This document shows, piece by piece, positions 48,730 through 48,770 of a DNA stretch of 48,770 nt; position 1 is the stretch's first letter; each line of letters begins with the position of its first letter. The notes beneath the pieces were generated by a model. The model did not search any database, was not told where the DNA came from, and saw only the letters and a list, made by a program, of their open reading frames with translations. The stretch comes from Octopus bimaculoides (lineage: Eukaryota), in assembly GCF_001194135.2 (NCBI RefSeq), contig NC_068996.1, forward strand, positions 15,499,203 to 15,547,972, read 5' to 3'. The position numbers and the translations under genes are program-made.

Positions 48730-48732
<3 letters not shown>
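48578..48732 (+). mobile_element. SINE family S2, 5' half
   Basis: tgactgcgtggtaagaagcttgctactcaaccacatggttccggcttcagtc...gacggaaactgac; runs into (GT)n at the window end. Confidence 0.8.

Positions 48733-48770
<38 letters not shown>

Overview
This is AT-rich, repeat-dominated eukaryotic genomic DNA from a gapped short-read assembly, with many N runs (mostly next to microsatellites). The SINE families, (ATGT)/(ATCT)/(AC)/(AT) microsatellite load and TE complement look like coleoid cephalopod (Octopus) intronic or intergenic DNA; the species call is an inference. No host protein-coding gene can be confidently called, and nearly all ORF-track entries are microsatellite or gap artefacts. Supportable content: four tRNA-derived SINE families (about 25 copies); R4/Dong-type and RTE-type non-LTR retrotransposon 3' fragments; a Penelope-like GIY-YIG remnant; two mariner relics, one with two inverted 5' ends; hAT- and TTAA-type MITEs; a Helentron/HINE-like element with an internal tandem array; and several long foldbacks, one centred on inverted telomeric repeats. 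The most notable signal is three unrelated short repeat families (plus a weak fourth) that each carry a minimal type I hammerhead-ribozyme fold with a palindromic stem III. Two of the families have a non-canonical CCGANGA core. One shows compensatory base-pair changes between copies and a circularly permuted, hairpin-rich unit of about 343 nt, consistent with a Penelope pLTR-derived or retrozyme-like system.
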